Shown piece after piece: positions 1-9,910 of a stretch of 64,000 nucleotides of DNA (within the stretch, counting starts at the first letter, position 1; each line of letters opens with the position of its first letter). The position numbers and the translations under genes were made by a program. Source of the DNA: a candidate division WWE3 bacterium (GTDB lineage Bacteria > Patescibacteriota > 4484-211 > GCA-002791395). The notes under the pieces were generated by a model, which saw nothing but the letters and a program-made list of their open reading frames with translations, was not told the DNA's origin and did no database searches. The DNA is taken from NCBI GenBank assembly GCA_013335095.1, contig JAAXWF010000002.1:261-64260 (forward strand), given 5' to 3'.

Positions 1-26
1 TACAATTTACCAAAGAGGAAGACAAA

Positions 27-596
27 TTAGTTATTTTTTATAAGTCCAAAGCGTGAGAACGGCCAATATCTAAAGAAAACTTTACCGATAATATTATCTT
101 CAGGTACGGTACCCCACTCACGAGAGTCGCTACTTTCATTTCGGTTATCTCCCATCACAAAATATTCATTTTGCTGAACATTGTACGACGTTCCTTCCTG
201 TAAAAAAGAATGAGCACTGGTATAACCAGATCGTGTATACGTCTCGTTAAGAGGGCCACCATCAATATAGACGATACCGTCACGGATAGAGATTTCTTCA
301 CCGGGTAAACCAATAACTCGCTTTATATACTCTTTACTGGGATCTTTAGGATACCGAAAAACAATTACGTCCCCGCGTTGTAAATCTGACCAATACGAAC
401 TAACTTTTTCGGTAAGTACATAATCACCATGTAAATAGGTAGGAAGCATACTGCCTCCATCAACCTGGTGAGGTTGGGCAACAAAAAAATAGATTACTGC
501 AAAAATCAGCACTGCAGCAGATATATTTATTAGTGTATCAAGAAAAAAAGAAAAACCTCCATGCGGCTGTTCTTCGGTCATCGGGGTAAAATCCAT
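27..596 (-). CDS. lepB: Signal peptidase I
   Basis: 189 aa with an N-terminal TM anchor. It has the catalytic Ser box GGSMLPT, a Lys box around RVIGLPGE, and a C-terminal GDNRNESSDSREWG motif typical of the S26 family. Confidence 0.85.
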   Translation of the reverse strand: MDFTPMTEEQPHGGFSFFLDTLINISAAVLIFAVIYFFVAQPHQVDGGSMLPTYLHGDYVLTEKVSSYWSDLQRGDVIVFRYPKDPSKEYIKRVIGLPGEEISIRDGIVYIDGGPLNETYTRSGYTSAHSFLQEGTSYNVQQNEYFVMGDNRNESSDSREWGTVPEDNIIGKVFFRYWPFSRFGLIKNN

Positions 597-686
597 GTCT
601 CACCTATTGTACTCGGTGACACCATATTCGCCAAGCAGGAATAATAATGCCGGACAGATCATGGTGAGTGATCTATCCGGCTGTTT

Positions 687-1052
687 TCAACGGTACTGCT
701 TACCGTGCCACCGACTGGGGTTAGTCTGGGGGTCTACGATGTAGAAGTAGACCAGATTAACCCCGAGGATCAAGGCCAGGACCAGTGTGATGAAGCACCT
801 TAGTGGGCTTATTTCGTACACGCCGAACGCATACGCGAGCGACGCGACAAAGCCCGTCCACTGGACCTTGTGCACGGGCAGGTCTGACCAACGGAAGTTG
901 TGACACTGTTGAAGAGTGCCAAGGTTGCTGAGCAGGAGCCCCAGCAGAAGAAATCCGTTGTCGGATCTGGTGATAATTGCAGGCAAAACGCCCGCGGCCT
1001 GGATCATACCAGCGGCAACAAGATACCGCCGGTGGTTGCTGGAGATTCGCAT
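687..1052 (-). CDS. Hypothetical 4-TM membrane protein (GC-rich insert)
   Basis: 121-aa hydrophobic ORF. A strong RBS AAGGAGG lies 4 nt upstream of the ATG on the minus strand. Local GC is about 55%, against about 40% for the flanks. The overlapping Arg-rich ORF 757..1089 in another frame is rejected. Confidence 0.45.
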   Translation of the reverse strand: MRISSNHRRYLVAAGMIQAAGVLPAIITRSDNGFLLLGLLLSNLGTLQQCHNFRWSDLPVHKVQWTGFVASLAYAFGVYEISPLRCFITLVLALILGVNLVYFYIVDPQTNPSRWHGKQYR

Positions 1053-1178
1053 AGCGCCTCCTTCTTTCCGTGAGGTTCCATGCTCCCAAAGGGAGCTTAG
1101 CGTAAAAACGCGTACTGACTATTATACAAAATGAAAGCGAATATATTGACTAAGACAACAAAGTAAGTATAAAATGAT

Positions 1179-1388
1179 GTGATGAACTGGTTAACTCAAA
1201 AGAGATTTTTATATCTTTCAATTATTTTAGTAGTATTTTTAATTGCCATACTTTCGATTGGATATATCTTCGAGTTCATCCCAGCAGATGAGTTTCAGTC
1301 ATATGTTTACAAAACAGTTGCCGCAGCGGGTGTGTTTATTTTGACCGCTGGCATAATAACCTTTTTTGCGAGGCCTCAAAATAAATAA
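1179..1388 (+). CDS. Small 2-TM membrane protein (hypothetical)
   Basis: 69-aa ORF with two hydrophobic helices. A TTGACT-16-TATAAA promoter-like element lies just upstream. No homology recognised. Confidence 0.3.
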   Translation: MMNWLTQKRFLYLSIILVVFLIAILSIGYIFEFIPADEFQSYVYKTVAAAGVFILTAGIITFFARPQNK

Positions 1389-1397
1389 AAAACTTAA

Positions 1398-2579
1398 TTA
1401 GATTTCTTTATCATATTCAATGTCCGAAATTTTGTATGAACGTCTTGTTGATATCCAGTTAATCAGATGATTTGCACTGAACCCAATTAATCCCAGAATA
1501 ATAACGTACATTAGTCCAAACACGGTAAGTTCAGGCACCGAAGTTGTAGTGAAAAGACCAATTAATGTCGCACCAACACCTATTGTTGTGACCACCGTTA
1601 GATTCTCAACCGAGCTCTGTGTCACTTGTGACTGGAGGTCTGTAAATAGCTGCAGTGCTGAGTTTACATAATTTTTAGTCATGACCCAAATCTGTTGAAG
1701 ATATGACAGAGTATCGCCTAAAGTTTCGTATCCATATGCGATAACATTATTGAATGGTACTAGTCGTTTATCAGTACGCGCTATTCGTTCTCTTGTATGT
1801 AAATAAGTGCCCATTTGATTCATCCTTGCCTCAATAAGATTGATGGTTTTTGCATAGCCCTCAACTTTATCACGAAAACTTGCAATCTCTGCTCCGTTTA
1901 TTTTCCCACGTTCTTTTACATCGGCTATTCGCTCCCAAATGATGCGATGTAAGTTGAGATAGCGATGTAATTGTCCCTTAAATTCCCTCAAAAATATTTG
2001 TTCTTCAATAAACCGGGCGGCATCTTCATGAGCTATTTGTTTTAGATTAATAATGTAAAATTTATCGCCTCTTACAATATCAAAACCATCATTATTTATT
2101 TCGAAATCCTTCGATTGATTGAAATCAGTAAAAACTCGCTCAATATCATTATGGGTAGCGTTCATTACTACGACAAAATAGGGGTATACCGTTTTAATAT
2201 TTGCAAGTTCTTTCGGCATTGGTGCGCCGAGACTAAATAAATAACTTATTGCTGGAGATAACTTATTTTCATAATAATTAGTTAAATCTTTAATGTCATT
2301 TGGCAAATTATCACCATGACTAAACGTATTTTTTAGTACAATCAACCCATCCTCAAATATTTTAAATGATATTTGGTTTTTAGTAATTACTTCAATATAT
2401 TCAAAACCATCTAATGAAAGTTTTAGTGATTCAATGTCGAGGGATTTTTGCAACTTAACAAGTTTTTTATGATCGAGTGATAGTGTCGACTTACCTTCAT
2501 TTAGAAAATAATGAATTTCTGATAAATGAAGAACTGTACGTTGAAACCATCCACCAATATAAGTACCTTGAATATCCAT
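1398..2579 (-). CDS. CorA-like divalent-cation transporter family protein (divergent)
   Basis: 393 aa with a large soluble N-terminal domain plus two C-terminal TM helices. The spacing is ...GLFTTTSVPEL..., which resembles the CorA YGMNF-x-MPEL region. The GMN triplet is replaced by TTT. Confidence 0.4.
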   Translation of the reverse strand: MDIQGTYIGGWFQRTVLHLSEIHYFLNEGKSTLSLDHKKLVKLQKSLDIESLKLSLDGFEYIEVITKNQISFKIFEDGLIVLKNTFSHGDNLPNDIKDLTNYYENKLSPAISYLFSLGAPMPKELANIKTVYPYFVVVMNATHNDIERVFTDFNQSKDFEINNDGFDIVRGDKFYIINLKQIAHEDAARFIEEQIFLREFKGQLHRYLNLHRIIWERIADVKERGKINGAEIASFRDKVEGYAKTINLIEARMNQMGTYLHTRERIARTDKRLVPFNNVIAYGYETLGDTLSYLQQIWVMTKNYVNSALQLFTDLQSQVTQSSVENLTVVTTIGVGATLIGLFTTTSVPELTVFGLMYVIILGLIGFSANHLINWISTRRSYKISDIEYDKEI

Positions 2580-2709
2580 TTGTTTTTTTATCGTAGAATA
2601 TTCTTCCTGATGTTACAAGAAGTAGGTTCTTTTTCTAACTTTGCGATGGTAGTATTATCCTATAACTGTAAAACACTGGATGCCAGATAATCTGGCGAGT
2701 AGGAGGTCT

Positions 2710-2937
2710 ATGTCACCGACAATTAGGGTGAGCGAAGGCACTATGGCCAAGATTCGGCAACTAGCCGAAGAACTGGGGGGAGTGACGATGTCGCAACTGG
2801 TGGACGATGCAGTCGAAGCATATCGTCGCCAGAAAATCCTCGAAGAAGCGAACAGGCAATATGCCCTGATTCGTGATCAGGAACCCGGGCTTCACCCGGA
2901 GTGGCCTTGGCTTGGGCCAGACCAAGTCCTAATCTAA
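2710..2937 (+). CDS. Ribbon-helix-helix (CopG/antitoxin-like) DNA-binding protein
   Basis: An AGGAGG RBS lies 5 nt before the ATG at 2710 (protein begins MSPTIRVSEGTMAKIRQLAEELGGV...). The pattern of a beta-strand followed by two helices is typical of RHH. Local GC is elevated, about 55%. No toxin partner is adjacent. Confidence 0.5.
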   Translation: MSPTIRVSEGTMAKIRQLAEELGGVTMSQLVDDAVEAYRRQKILEEANRQYALIRDQEPGLHPEWPWLGPDQVLI

Positions 2938-3022
2938 AGTTGAAGAGAAACCAACATGCGCTGGGACCACAAATCCCGGCGCTTTTTTTCCCAAAAAATG
3001 AATAATTGAATTGGTCATGAAA

Positions 3023-3100
<78 letters not shown>

Positions 3101-3154
3101 AAAACAGGACATTATTATAACGCTAATCTCACATACAAAAACAGGTATAATATC

Positions 3155-4447
3155 TTGGTGCCAAAACTACCAATATCAAATTTAACCAAAACCATTGGAC
3201 TTAATACTATTTATCAAGTTTTTGGCCGTTTTATAACAGCAATCACTGGATTATGGATCACCAGGTTAGTAATTAGCCACATGGGCGTTGATGGGTACGG
3301 GACATATCAAATCGCGATAAACTACGTCACCATATTCTGGATGCTTACCGACTTTGGCCTCAATGCGGTTGTAGTACGAGAAATGTCGGCGAATCCCGAA
3401 AAAGAAAATCAATTATTCGGTGGACTCGTAACCATGCGCACCGTGCTTAGCCTCATCATCATGATTATATCCTCCGCCGTACTCGTATTCTTGCCATACG
3501 CAATCGAACTCAAAATGGCAATCTTAATCGGAACGATCTCAATCATGACCCAAGGGATCAAAGGAGCAACACACGGTCTTCTACAATCACGGTTACGGTA
3601 CGATCTACAATTCTACGCAAGCTTTTGGGGATCGTTGGCTTTCGTTATTGCTACGTACGTCGTCTTACTTAAATATCCCGGAACAATACCGCTTGTAATT
3701 GCTTTTATCATAGGACAAATCATAATGATGGTTATTTCAGTATGGCAAGCCCACAACCTTTCCAGATTCCATTTTGATTGGAATAAAAAACAACTCAAGG
3801 AACTCTCAATAGCCACACTCCCACTGGGTATCTCACTTTTATTTAACCTGGGAAACTTTAAAACAGACTCTTTCCTTCTTTCGGTATTACCGATGGCTCA
3901 ATTTAGCAACGCGCAGGCAGTCGGAATGTACAATATCGCGTATAAATTTTTTGAATTCGGACTAATTGTCCCAACATTTTTTATGAATGCGGTATACCCA
4001 GTTATGGTCAAAGCCCATCATGAATCGCATAAAAAATTCTATTCGGTAGCATTTAAAGCATGGGGAGTACTCTTTACTGTCGGAGTTGCCGGAGCTCTTT
4101 TAACATGGGTACTCGCGCCGTACGTTATTCGGATTGTTGCCGACACCCCAGATTTTGGCCCTGCCGTTACCGCACTACGAATTCTGATGTCGGCCGCCCC
4201 AATTTTCTTCTCATCATCGCTATTAATGTGGGTGCTCTTAACACTTAATGGACAAAAGAAATTGATGTGGATATACGCTATCGCATTTGTTTTTAACGTC
4301 AGTGCCAACTTATTCTTGATTCCACGGTATTCATTTTATGGATCAGCGGTTGTTACAGGCGCATCAGAATTTATAATACTACTGTTACTCATGATTACAG
4401 TTTATCCAACGTGGAAAAAAGACCATACCCATTCGGCCCATGAATAA
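3155..4447 (+). CDS. Polysaccharide biosynthesis protein / Wzx-type flippase (MOP superfamily)
   Basis: 430 aa with about 12-14 TM helices and the typical oligosaccharide-flippase architecture. It is first in an operon with glycosyltransferases. Confidence 0.7.
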   Translation: MVPKLPISNLTKTIGLNTIYQVFGRFITAITGLWITRLVISHMGVDGYGTYQIAINYVTIFWMLTDFGLNAVVVREMSANPEKENQLFGGLVTMRTVLSLIIMIISSAVLVFLPYAIELKMAILIGTISIMTQGIKGATHGLLQSRLRYDLQFYASFWGSLAFVIATYVVLLKYPGTIPLVIAFIIGQIIMMVISVWQAHNLSRFHFDWNKKQLKELSIATLPLGISLLFNLGNFKTDSFLLSVLPMAQFSNAQAVGMYNIAYKFFEFGLIVPTFFMNAVYPVMVKAHHESHKKFYSVAFKAWGVLFTVGVAGALLTWVLAPYVIRIVADTPDFGPAVTALRILMSAAPIFFSSSLLMWVLLTLNGQKKLMWIYAIAFVFNVSANLFLIPRYSFYGSAVVTGASEFIILLLLMITVYPTWKKDHTHSAHE

Positions 4448-5408
4448 ACGAATTACGATTGGCATACCTACATATAATGGGAAAAACCAATTAAAAGAGT
4501 TGCTCGATTCAATCCAAACAAGTTACGGTGACGATCTTAATTCTATTGAGACCATTGTTTCGGATGACGGGAGTATTGATGGAACTATCGAAATGGTTGA
4601 AACCCACTATCCATGGGTGATCCTTGAAAAAGTAGATCAGAATAAAGGAATTGCGCATGCTACTAAGCTAATCCTTGAATGCATGTCTGGAGACTATTTA
4701 CTGAGACTCGATGCAGATACGATTGTAAATCGAGAGGCAATCGAATACCTGATCAAATTCCTTGAAACACACCCTCAAGCGGGAGTGGTTGCCCCGCGAC
4801 TCATTGATAAAAATGACCGATTTCAACCATCCTATGAAACGCACCTTAAACATCCGTTAGAATGGTTTTGGGACTACGCATTATGGTTAAAAAAGATAGT
4901 TTCAAAGCAAAAGCGGTTGTTAGATGCAACGCATCAACCATTTATCGTAAGTTATTTAGCCTCAGCCGCAATTCTAATCCGAAAGGAAGCCATAGACCGT
5001 GTAGGCGGTCTTGATCCAGAGATGGAATTTTTTATGGAAGACGCTGATTGGATTATTAGAATTGGCAAGGCTGGATACGAAATTTGGTATGCCCCTCAGG
5101 TCAGTATAATTCATATTGGTGGTCAAAGCGGTTTGTTATACATTCACACACGAGATCGTTCATTAAAAAATCTGTACTACTTTTACGCGAAACATGTTCC
5201 CGGATGGTTAACACAATTCGAGCTGTTTCTAGCAATAATAAGCGGAAGTACAATAAGCCTAGTCATGGCTATATTGGCCTATCCAATTTTAATCTGGAAA
5301 CAAAATACCCGAGTAATTGATCTTCGTGCGATAAAAAGTTTTTTGAACGTATGGCAATGGCATATTAGCCGTATTGGCTCAAGAAAAATTCAAGGAGTGA
5401 TACAATAA
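4440..5408 (+). CDS. Glycosyltransferase family 2
   Basis: N-terminal GIPTYNGKNQL...VSDDGSIDGT...RLDADT (the DXD region of the GT-A fold). It overlaps the upstream stop by 8 nt. Confidence 0.8.
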   Translation: MNKRITIGIPTYNGKNQLKELLDSIQTSYGDDLNSIETIVSDDGSIDGTIEMVETHYPWVILEKVDQNKGIAHATKLILECMSGDYLLRLDADTIVNREAIEYLIKFLETHPQAGVVAPRLIDKNDRFQPSYETHLKHPLEWFWDYALWLKKIVSKQKRLLDATHQPFIVSYLASAAILIRKEAIDRVGGLDPEMEFFMEDADWIIRIGKAGYEIWYAPQVSIIHIGGQSGLLYIHTRDRSLKNLYYFYAKHVPGWLTQFELFLAIISGSTISLVMAILAYPILIWKQNTRVIDLRAIKSFLNVWQWHISRIGSRKIQGVIQ

Positions 5409-5412
5409 ACGG

Positions 5413-6540
5413 GTGAATATACTGTTTGTTTCGCCCTATTACAAGCCTTATTTTGGTGGAATTGAACGAGTGATTGAAAAACTCGGACAACAATTTATTA
5501 AGCTCGATCACGCTACGATATCGGTTTTAACCTCTCGATGGTCATTTCCCAGACACTATGAACCGACATGGCCCGAGACTGAACATATTGACTATGAAGA
5601 TATATACCGCCTGCATTCGTTTCCATCAATCGCACCACCGTTTTTCCAAGTACCGTTAGTATGGTTCTCACCACACGAAATTAATAAGATTTTGGATGCA
5701 ATAAAGCCGGATGCTATTCAATTGATGAGCGACCGGTGGTTCTGGGTTAACTATTGGGTACTTCGTTGGGCTAAAAAAAACCATGTGCCAACTGTGTTTT
5801 CACTTTCATTTCATTCTCTCAGTAAAAATCAAAAGTTTTTGCGTCCAATAAACCATCGCATATTACCGATGGCGAACTGGATACACGCAATTACTGAACA
5901 CGAAAAACACCAGGTCGCATCCACTTACTCAATACCTGATTCCCAAATAAAGGTCATACCATGGGGGATTCAAAAAAATAATGAAGATAAAAAAGAGATT
6001 AATCAGGTTTTTAAAATAATTAGCGTCGGGCGCATCTCAAAACATAAAGGCCAGCTTTGGTTAGCCCAGCAATATCTTGAAGCGGATTTAAAAAAGCCAA
6101 CTGAACTAATCTTAATTGGCGCGATTGAAGAACCTTTAATCTCTGAACAGATTAAAATCCTGCCTATCCCAGAACATAAATCGATTACCATAACCGGAGA
6201 AGTTTCTGAAAAAATGCTGGCACAGGCGTACCAAACCGCCGATTTATTTGTCTTATTTCCTGAATATGAAGCATTTGGGCTTGTATTTTTAGAGGCGATG
6301 ATACAAGGAATACCCGTATTAACCCACAATGTCGGGGCGATCCAAGAGGTTCTCAAAGAAAACGCAATGGTAGTCGAAAAATATGATTCATCGAGTGCAA
6401 AGATTAATCTTGAACAATTGGTAAATAATGACCAGTTACGAAATGAACTCGGTCAAAAGGGGAAAAAGTACGTTGAAAACACATACTCCTGGCAACAAAC
6501 AGCAGAACAGTTTTTATCACTTTACAAAAATCATGAATAA
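5413..6540 (+). CDS. Glycosyltransferase family 4 (GT-B)
   Basis: The C-terminal EX7E-like motif EAFGLVFLEAMIQGIPVLTHNVGAIQEV is typical of GT4 (glycos_transf_1). GTG start. Confidence 0.8.
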   Translation: MNILFVSPYYKPYFGGIERVIEKLGQQFIKLDHATISVLTSRWSFPRHYEPTWPETEHIDYEDIYRLHSFPSIAPPFFQVPLVWFSPHEINKILDAIKPDAIQLMSDRWFWVNYWVLRWAKKNHVPTVFSLSFHSLSKNQKFLRPINHRILPMANWIHAITEHEKHQVASTYSIPDSQIKVIPWGIQKNNEDKKEINQVFKIISVGRISKHKGQLWLAQQYLEADLKKPTELILIGAIEEPLISEQIKILPIPEHKSITITGEVSEKMLAQAYQTADLFVLFPEYEAFGLVFLEAMIQGIPVLTHNVGAIQEVLKENAMVVEKYDSSSAKINLEQLVNNDQLRNELGQKGKKYVENTYSWQQTAEQFLSLYKNHE

Positions 6541-7474
6541 TCAATGTTGTACGATAGTCATTACTGCATATAATAACGAACACACCATTCGCCAGAGCCT
6601 TGAATCATTTTTGAATCAAACGGCAATAAGCCAGATACAAGAAATAATCGTCGTGTCTGATGGATCAACAGATAATACCGAAATGATCGTTGAAGAGATA
6701 CGCAAAGGTTATCCAATAGTTAGATTAATTCGTCAGGGCAATTTGGGAGTTGCGGCGGCAAGAAATCAAGGCATGCGTGAAGCCAATAGCCCGATACTAC
6801 TTTACTCCCAAGCTGATATATTTGCCCAGCCAACGCTCATAGAACAACACATGCTTTTTCATGATGCCCATCAAGACATCCACGATGCTGCCGTTGGGTT
6901 TACGACGTGGTCAAAACAACTAACAATCACCCCATTCATGGAGTGGCTTGAAGACGGTGGTCCGCAGTTCAATTATCATCATCTAACGGACAACCAAATC
7001 ACAACGTTTGAGACGTTTTATACCACCAACATATCATTGAAAACTGAATTTTTACGTCAAAATAGCGGATTTGATGAATCATTTAAAATTGGCAATGGTA
7101 TAACGGCTTATGAAGATACGGAATTAGGATATCGATTATCCCAGCAGGGAATGAAGTTAACCTATTTAGCTAACGCAATTTGTTATCATCATCATCCTAA
7201 GAATGTATCCGCAGTCCTAAAGAGACGGTATTACGAAGGTTGGATGGCTCATAAATTACACAAAAAACACCCGTCGCTAACGTGGTCGCGTCGATTTTCG
7301 GACCTCCAACTATTCTTTATCACCATCCTAGTGATAAACCCAATTGTTTTTTTCCCCTTCATCCAACTCGTATATTACTACGAAACAAGACAAAGAGCCG
7401 ATAAACTATTTAAGTTAGTATGCCGCAGTACGTATAATTGGGGCTATCTAAAAGGTTTTTTTAACCCATTATGA
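6533..7474 (+). CDS. Glycosyltransferase family 2
   Basis: Begins MNNQCCTIVITAYNNEHTI...VVSDGSTDNT, the GT-A DXD region. The ATG at 6533 overlaps the upstream stop. The longer ORF from 6428 is an out-of-gene N-terminal extension. Confidence 0.75.
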   Translation: MNNQCCTIVITAYNNEHTIRQSLESFLNQTAISQIQEIIVVSDGSTDNTEMIVEEIRKGYPIVRLIRQGNLGVAAARNQGMREANSPILLYSQADIFAQPTLIEQHMLFHDAHQDIHDAAVGFTTWSKQLTITPFMEWLEDGGPQFNYHHLTDNQITTFETFYTTNISLKTEFLRQNSGFDESFKIGNGITAYEDTELGYRLSQQGMKLTYLANAICYHHHPKNVSAVLKRRYYEGWMAHKLHKKHPSLTWSRRFSDLQLFFITILVINPIVFFPFIQLVYYYETRQRADKLFKLVCRSTYNWGYLKGFFNPL

Positions 7475-8676
7475 AAAAAATTGTTGTATTACTATTTAAT
7501 GTGTTCATTGTTTCTGTCGTTTTAGGACAATTAACCAGACTTCCTTTGCCGGGGGGAAGTGATGGAGCATTATTACTTCAAGATCTGGTACTTGTTGCTC
7601 TCGTGGCTAGTTGGGTAGTGTGGCGAGTAATGGGGGCAAAATCATTTAAAATCAATGGTCTCGATATCGGACCATTGTTCTTTATTTTTGTGACGTTTAT
7701 TTCACTTGTATATGCATTATCGTGGACGAATTTATCCGAATGGACAACTGGTTTGTTTTACTGGATACGACTATCAATGTATTTATCTCTATTTAAGATT
7801 ACCTCAGATTTGGTTAAGGATGCCAACTATAATCCCCAAAAGAATTTAACTAACGGAGGAGTAACATTTGCAGTAATCGGCTTATTACAATTTTTGCTAT
7901 TTCCCGATTTTTCAAAATATGTCCGACATGGTTGGGATCCGCATTACTACCGGGTTTTATCAACATTTTTTGATCCCAACTATGCAGGTCTGTTGTTGAC
8001 GTTCGCATTATTACTCATCTTGGATCAACTGTATCGCCGCAAAACATCAATACGACAAATTATGCAATTTGGCATAGTCGGACTTGCTACCGTACTTACA
8101 TTTTCTCGCAGTACCTACCTTGCCCTAATTACTGGGTTTGGCCTGTTTGGACTAATAAAAGACCGAAGAATTATACTCGCCATGATAATTGCCGGATCCC
8201 TAGTTATTGCAGCCGTTCCACGTGTAAGAGATCGGGTAGTGGGTGCCGTCACCGTTGATGAAACCGCACAGCTTCGTTTAATCAGCTATGTAAAAACATG
8301 GCAAATAATTGAAGACCATCCATTACTGGGTGTCGGGTTTAATACCTTCAGGTACGCCCAAGAGGATTATGGATATTTTAAGGATCAGCGTGGAGTTCCT
8401 CAAGAAAGCGGCCATGCGGGTGCCGGAGCAGATAATTCGTTCTTGTTTCTATGGGCGACGGGGGGACTACTCTCGGTACTAACTCTTTTTGGATGGTTTG
8501 TTGGTCTTTTTGTCTCAATGTGGAAAAATAAATACCGTGCATTACTACTTAGTACACTATGCGCATTTATCATCCATGCCCAATTTGTTAATTCATTCTT
8601 TTTTACTGGACTTCTGGCATGGTTTTTGATTACGACAAGCTATTTATTGAATCAAAAAGAAGGGAAGCATGCGTAA
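7471..8676 (+). CDS. O-antigen ligase / Wzy-like polymerase family membrane protein
   Basis: 401 aa with about 10-12 TM helices and a large extracytoplasmic loop near the C-terminus. It lies within the glycan locus. ATGA start/stop overlap. Confidence 0.55.
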   Translation: MKKIVVLLFNVFIVSVVLGQLTRLPLPGGSDGALLLQDLVLVALVASWVVWRVMGAKSFKINGLDIGPLFFIFVTFISLVYALSWTNLSEWTTGLFYWIRLSMYLSLFKITSDLVKDANYNPQKNLTNGGVTFAVIGLLQFLLFPDFSKYVRHGWDPHYYRVLSTFFDPNYAGLLLTFALLLILDQLYRRKTSIRQIMQFGIVGLATVLTFSRSTYLALITGFGLFGLIKDRRIILAMIIAGSLVIAAVPRVRDRVVGAVTVDETAQLRLISYVKTWQIIEDHPLLGVGFNTFRYAQEDYGYFKDQRGVPQESGHAGAGADNSFLFLWATGGLLSVLTLFGWFVGLFVSMWKNKYRALLLSTLCAFIIHAQFVNSFFFTGLLAWFLITTSYLLNQKEGKHA

Positions 8677-9910
8677 CATACAACCAGAAAAAATTACCTT
8701 AGGATTACTCCTAATCTTAATTGCCTTATCACCACTATACATAATTCGTTGGAGTTATTTTGGGTTTGTACCGACCACACTACTCGAACTCTGTATCTGG
8801 ATAACAGCAGGATGGTGGAGCTATACCAAAATAAGCCAGCCATTCTGCTTGAAATTTGAATTAAATAAGCTCATGTTACTTGGCGTAACACTCATAATGG
8901 CTGGTGCAATCGTATCGGTTATGGTGGCCGACAATTTAATTGCAGCGGCAGGGATTTACCGGGCCTACTTTTTTGAACCATTCCTAATATTTGTCGTTTT
9001 AGCCGACACTCTGGCAAGTTTTTCAACAATTCCAGTGAGGATTGGTGGATTTTCCTATACGGCAATAGAATGGGTACAAAAGGCACTATTATTTACCGCT
9101 CTATGGTTATCAATAATTGGTATCAGTCAGTTCATCTTTACCTGGCCAATATTCACGAGTCATCAAGCGGATAGAGCGCATGGTGTCTACAATAACGGAA
9201 ATGCTCTTGCACTTTTTATTGGGCCGATATTATCTATCCAAATAATACAGTTCATTCGAACGCATCAGGTTAAATTTTGGCCATTTATTTTCGTGTGTAT
9301 ACAGATTGGTGCTCTTATCATGAGCAAATCATCGGGAGGTATGATCGCATTCATTTCTACGATTGGGATCATATACCTTGGAACTAAGATACATAAAAAA
9401 CTGCCTCAGGCACTCTATGTCATTGTTTGCGTAACATTTATTTCCTTTCTCATAAATATTTCTACATTTACATATAAGACAGACAATCCATGGGTTCGGC
9501 ATGGAGGCACAATGCAAATACGTTTCTGTGTATGGGAAGGAACGAAAAATTTACTCAAAGATCATTGGGTTACCGGTAGTAGTTTGTCAGGATTCCAACA
9601 GATGTACTCTCAAAACTATACAACATGTGATGCAGAACCTCTGGTCTATCCGCATAACTGGATTCTCAATAGTTGGACCGAAACGGGCATTCTTGGACTT
9701 GTCGGTATGATTTTAACGATTTTTGTTGGATTATCATCCTTAGGCAATCCGATAACGCCATACTTTGTGTATTTCTTTATTCACGGACTCGTTGATGTAC
9801 CGTATTTTAAAAATGATTTATCGTTACTCTTTTGGATAATGATTGCGTTATGGTGGTGGTACGATTTCCAAACTACTCAGAAGCAGGTGTTGGAGAAGGA
9901 GAAAAATTAA
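8669..9910 (+). CDS. Polytopic membrane protein, Wzy/O-antigen-polymerase-like
   Basis: 413 aa and multi-TM. It is translationally coupled to the upstream gene. Confidence 0.45.
   Translation: MRNIQPEKITLGLLLILIALSPLYIIRWSYFGFVPTTLLELCIWITAGWWSYTKISQPFCLKFELNKLMLLGVTLIMAGAIVSVMVADNLIAAAGIYRAYFFEPFLIFVVLADTLASFSTIPVRIGGFSYTAIEWVQKALLFTALWLSIIGISQFIFTWPIFTSHQADRAHGVYNNGNALALFIGPILSIQIIQFIRTHQVKFWPFIFVCIQIGALIMSKSSGGMIAFISTIGIIYLGTKIHKKLPQALYVIVCVTFISFLINISTFTYKTDNPWVRHGGTMQIRFCVWEGTKNLLKDHWVTGSSLSGFQQMYSQNYTTCDAEPLVYPHNWILNSWTETGILGLVGMILTIFVGLSSLGNPITPYFVYFFIHGLVDVPYFKNDLSLLFWIMIALWWWYDFQTTQKQVLEKEKN

Noticed and set aside
757-1134. ORFs 757..1089(-) and 916..1134(+), which overlap 687..1052(-).
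   Set aside because: Their translations are Arg-rich and low-complexity. The 687..1052 frame gives a coherent 4-TM protein and has an AAGGAGG RBS.
3613-4308. Short ORFs embedded in the flippase gene, 3613..3816(-), 4039..4308(-) and 4060..4248(+). Similar short embedded ORFs occur inside dnaE, clpC, uvrA, ppsA and the histidine kinase.
   Set aside because: They lie entirely inside well-supported long CDSs on the other strand or in another frame. No RBS, and low-complexity translations.
6428-6532. N-terminal 35 codons of ORF 6428..7474, and likewise 13166..13273 for gatA, 23666..23725 for rplS, 60454..60477 for uvrA and 17649..17660 for dnaE.
   Set aside because: These extensions lie inside the upstream gene and have non-conserved residues. 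Internal ATG codons align with the known N-termini of these families.
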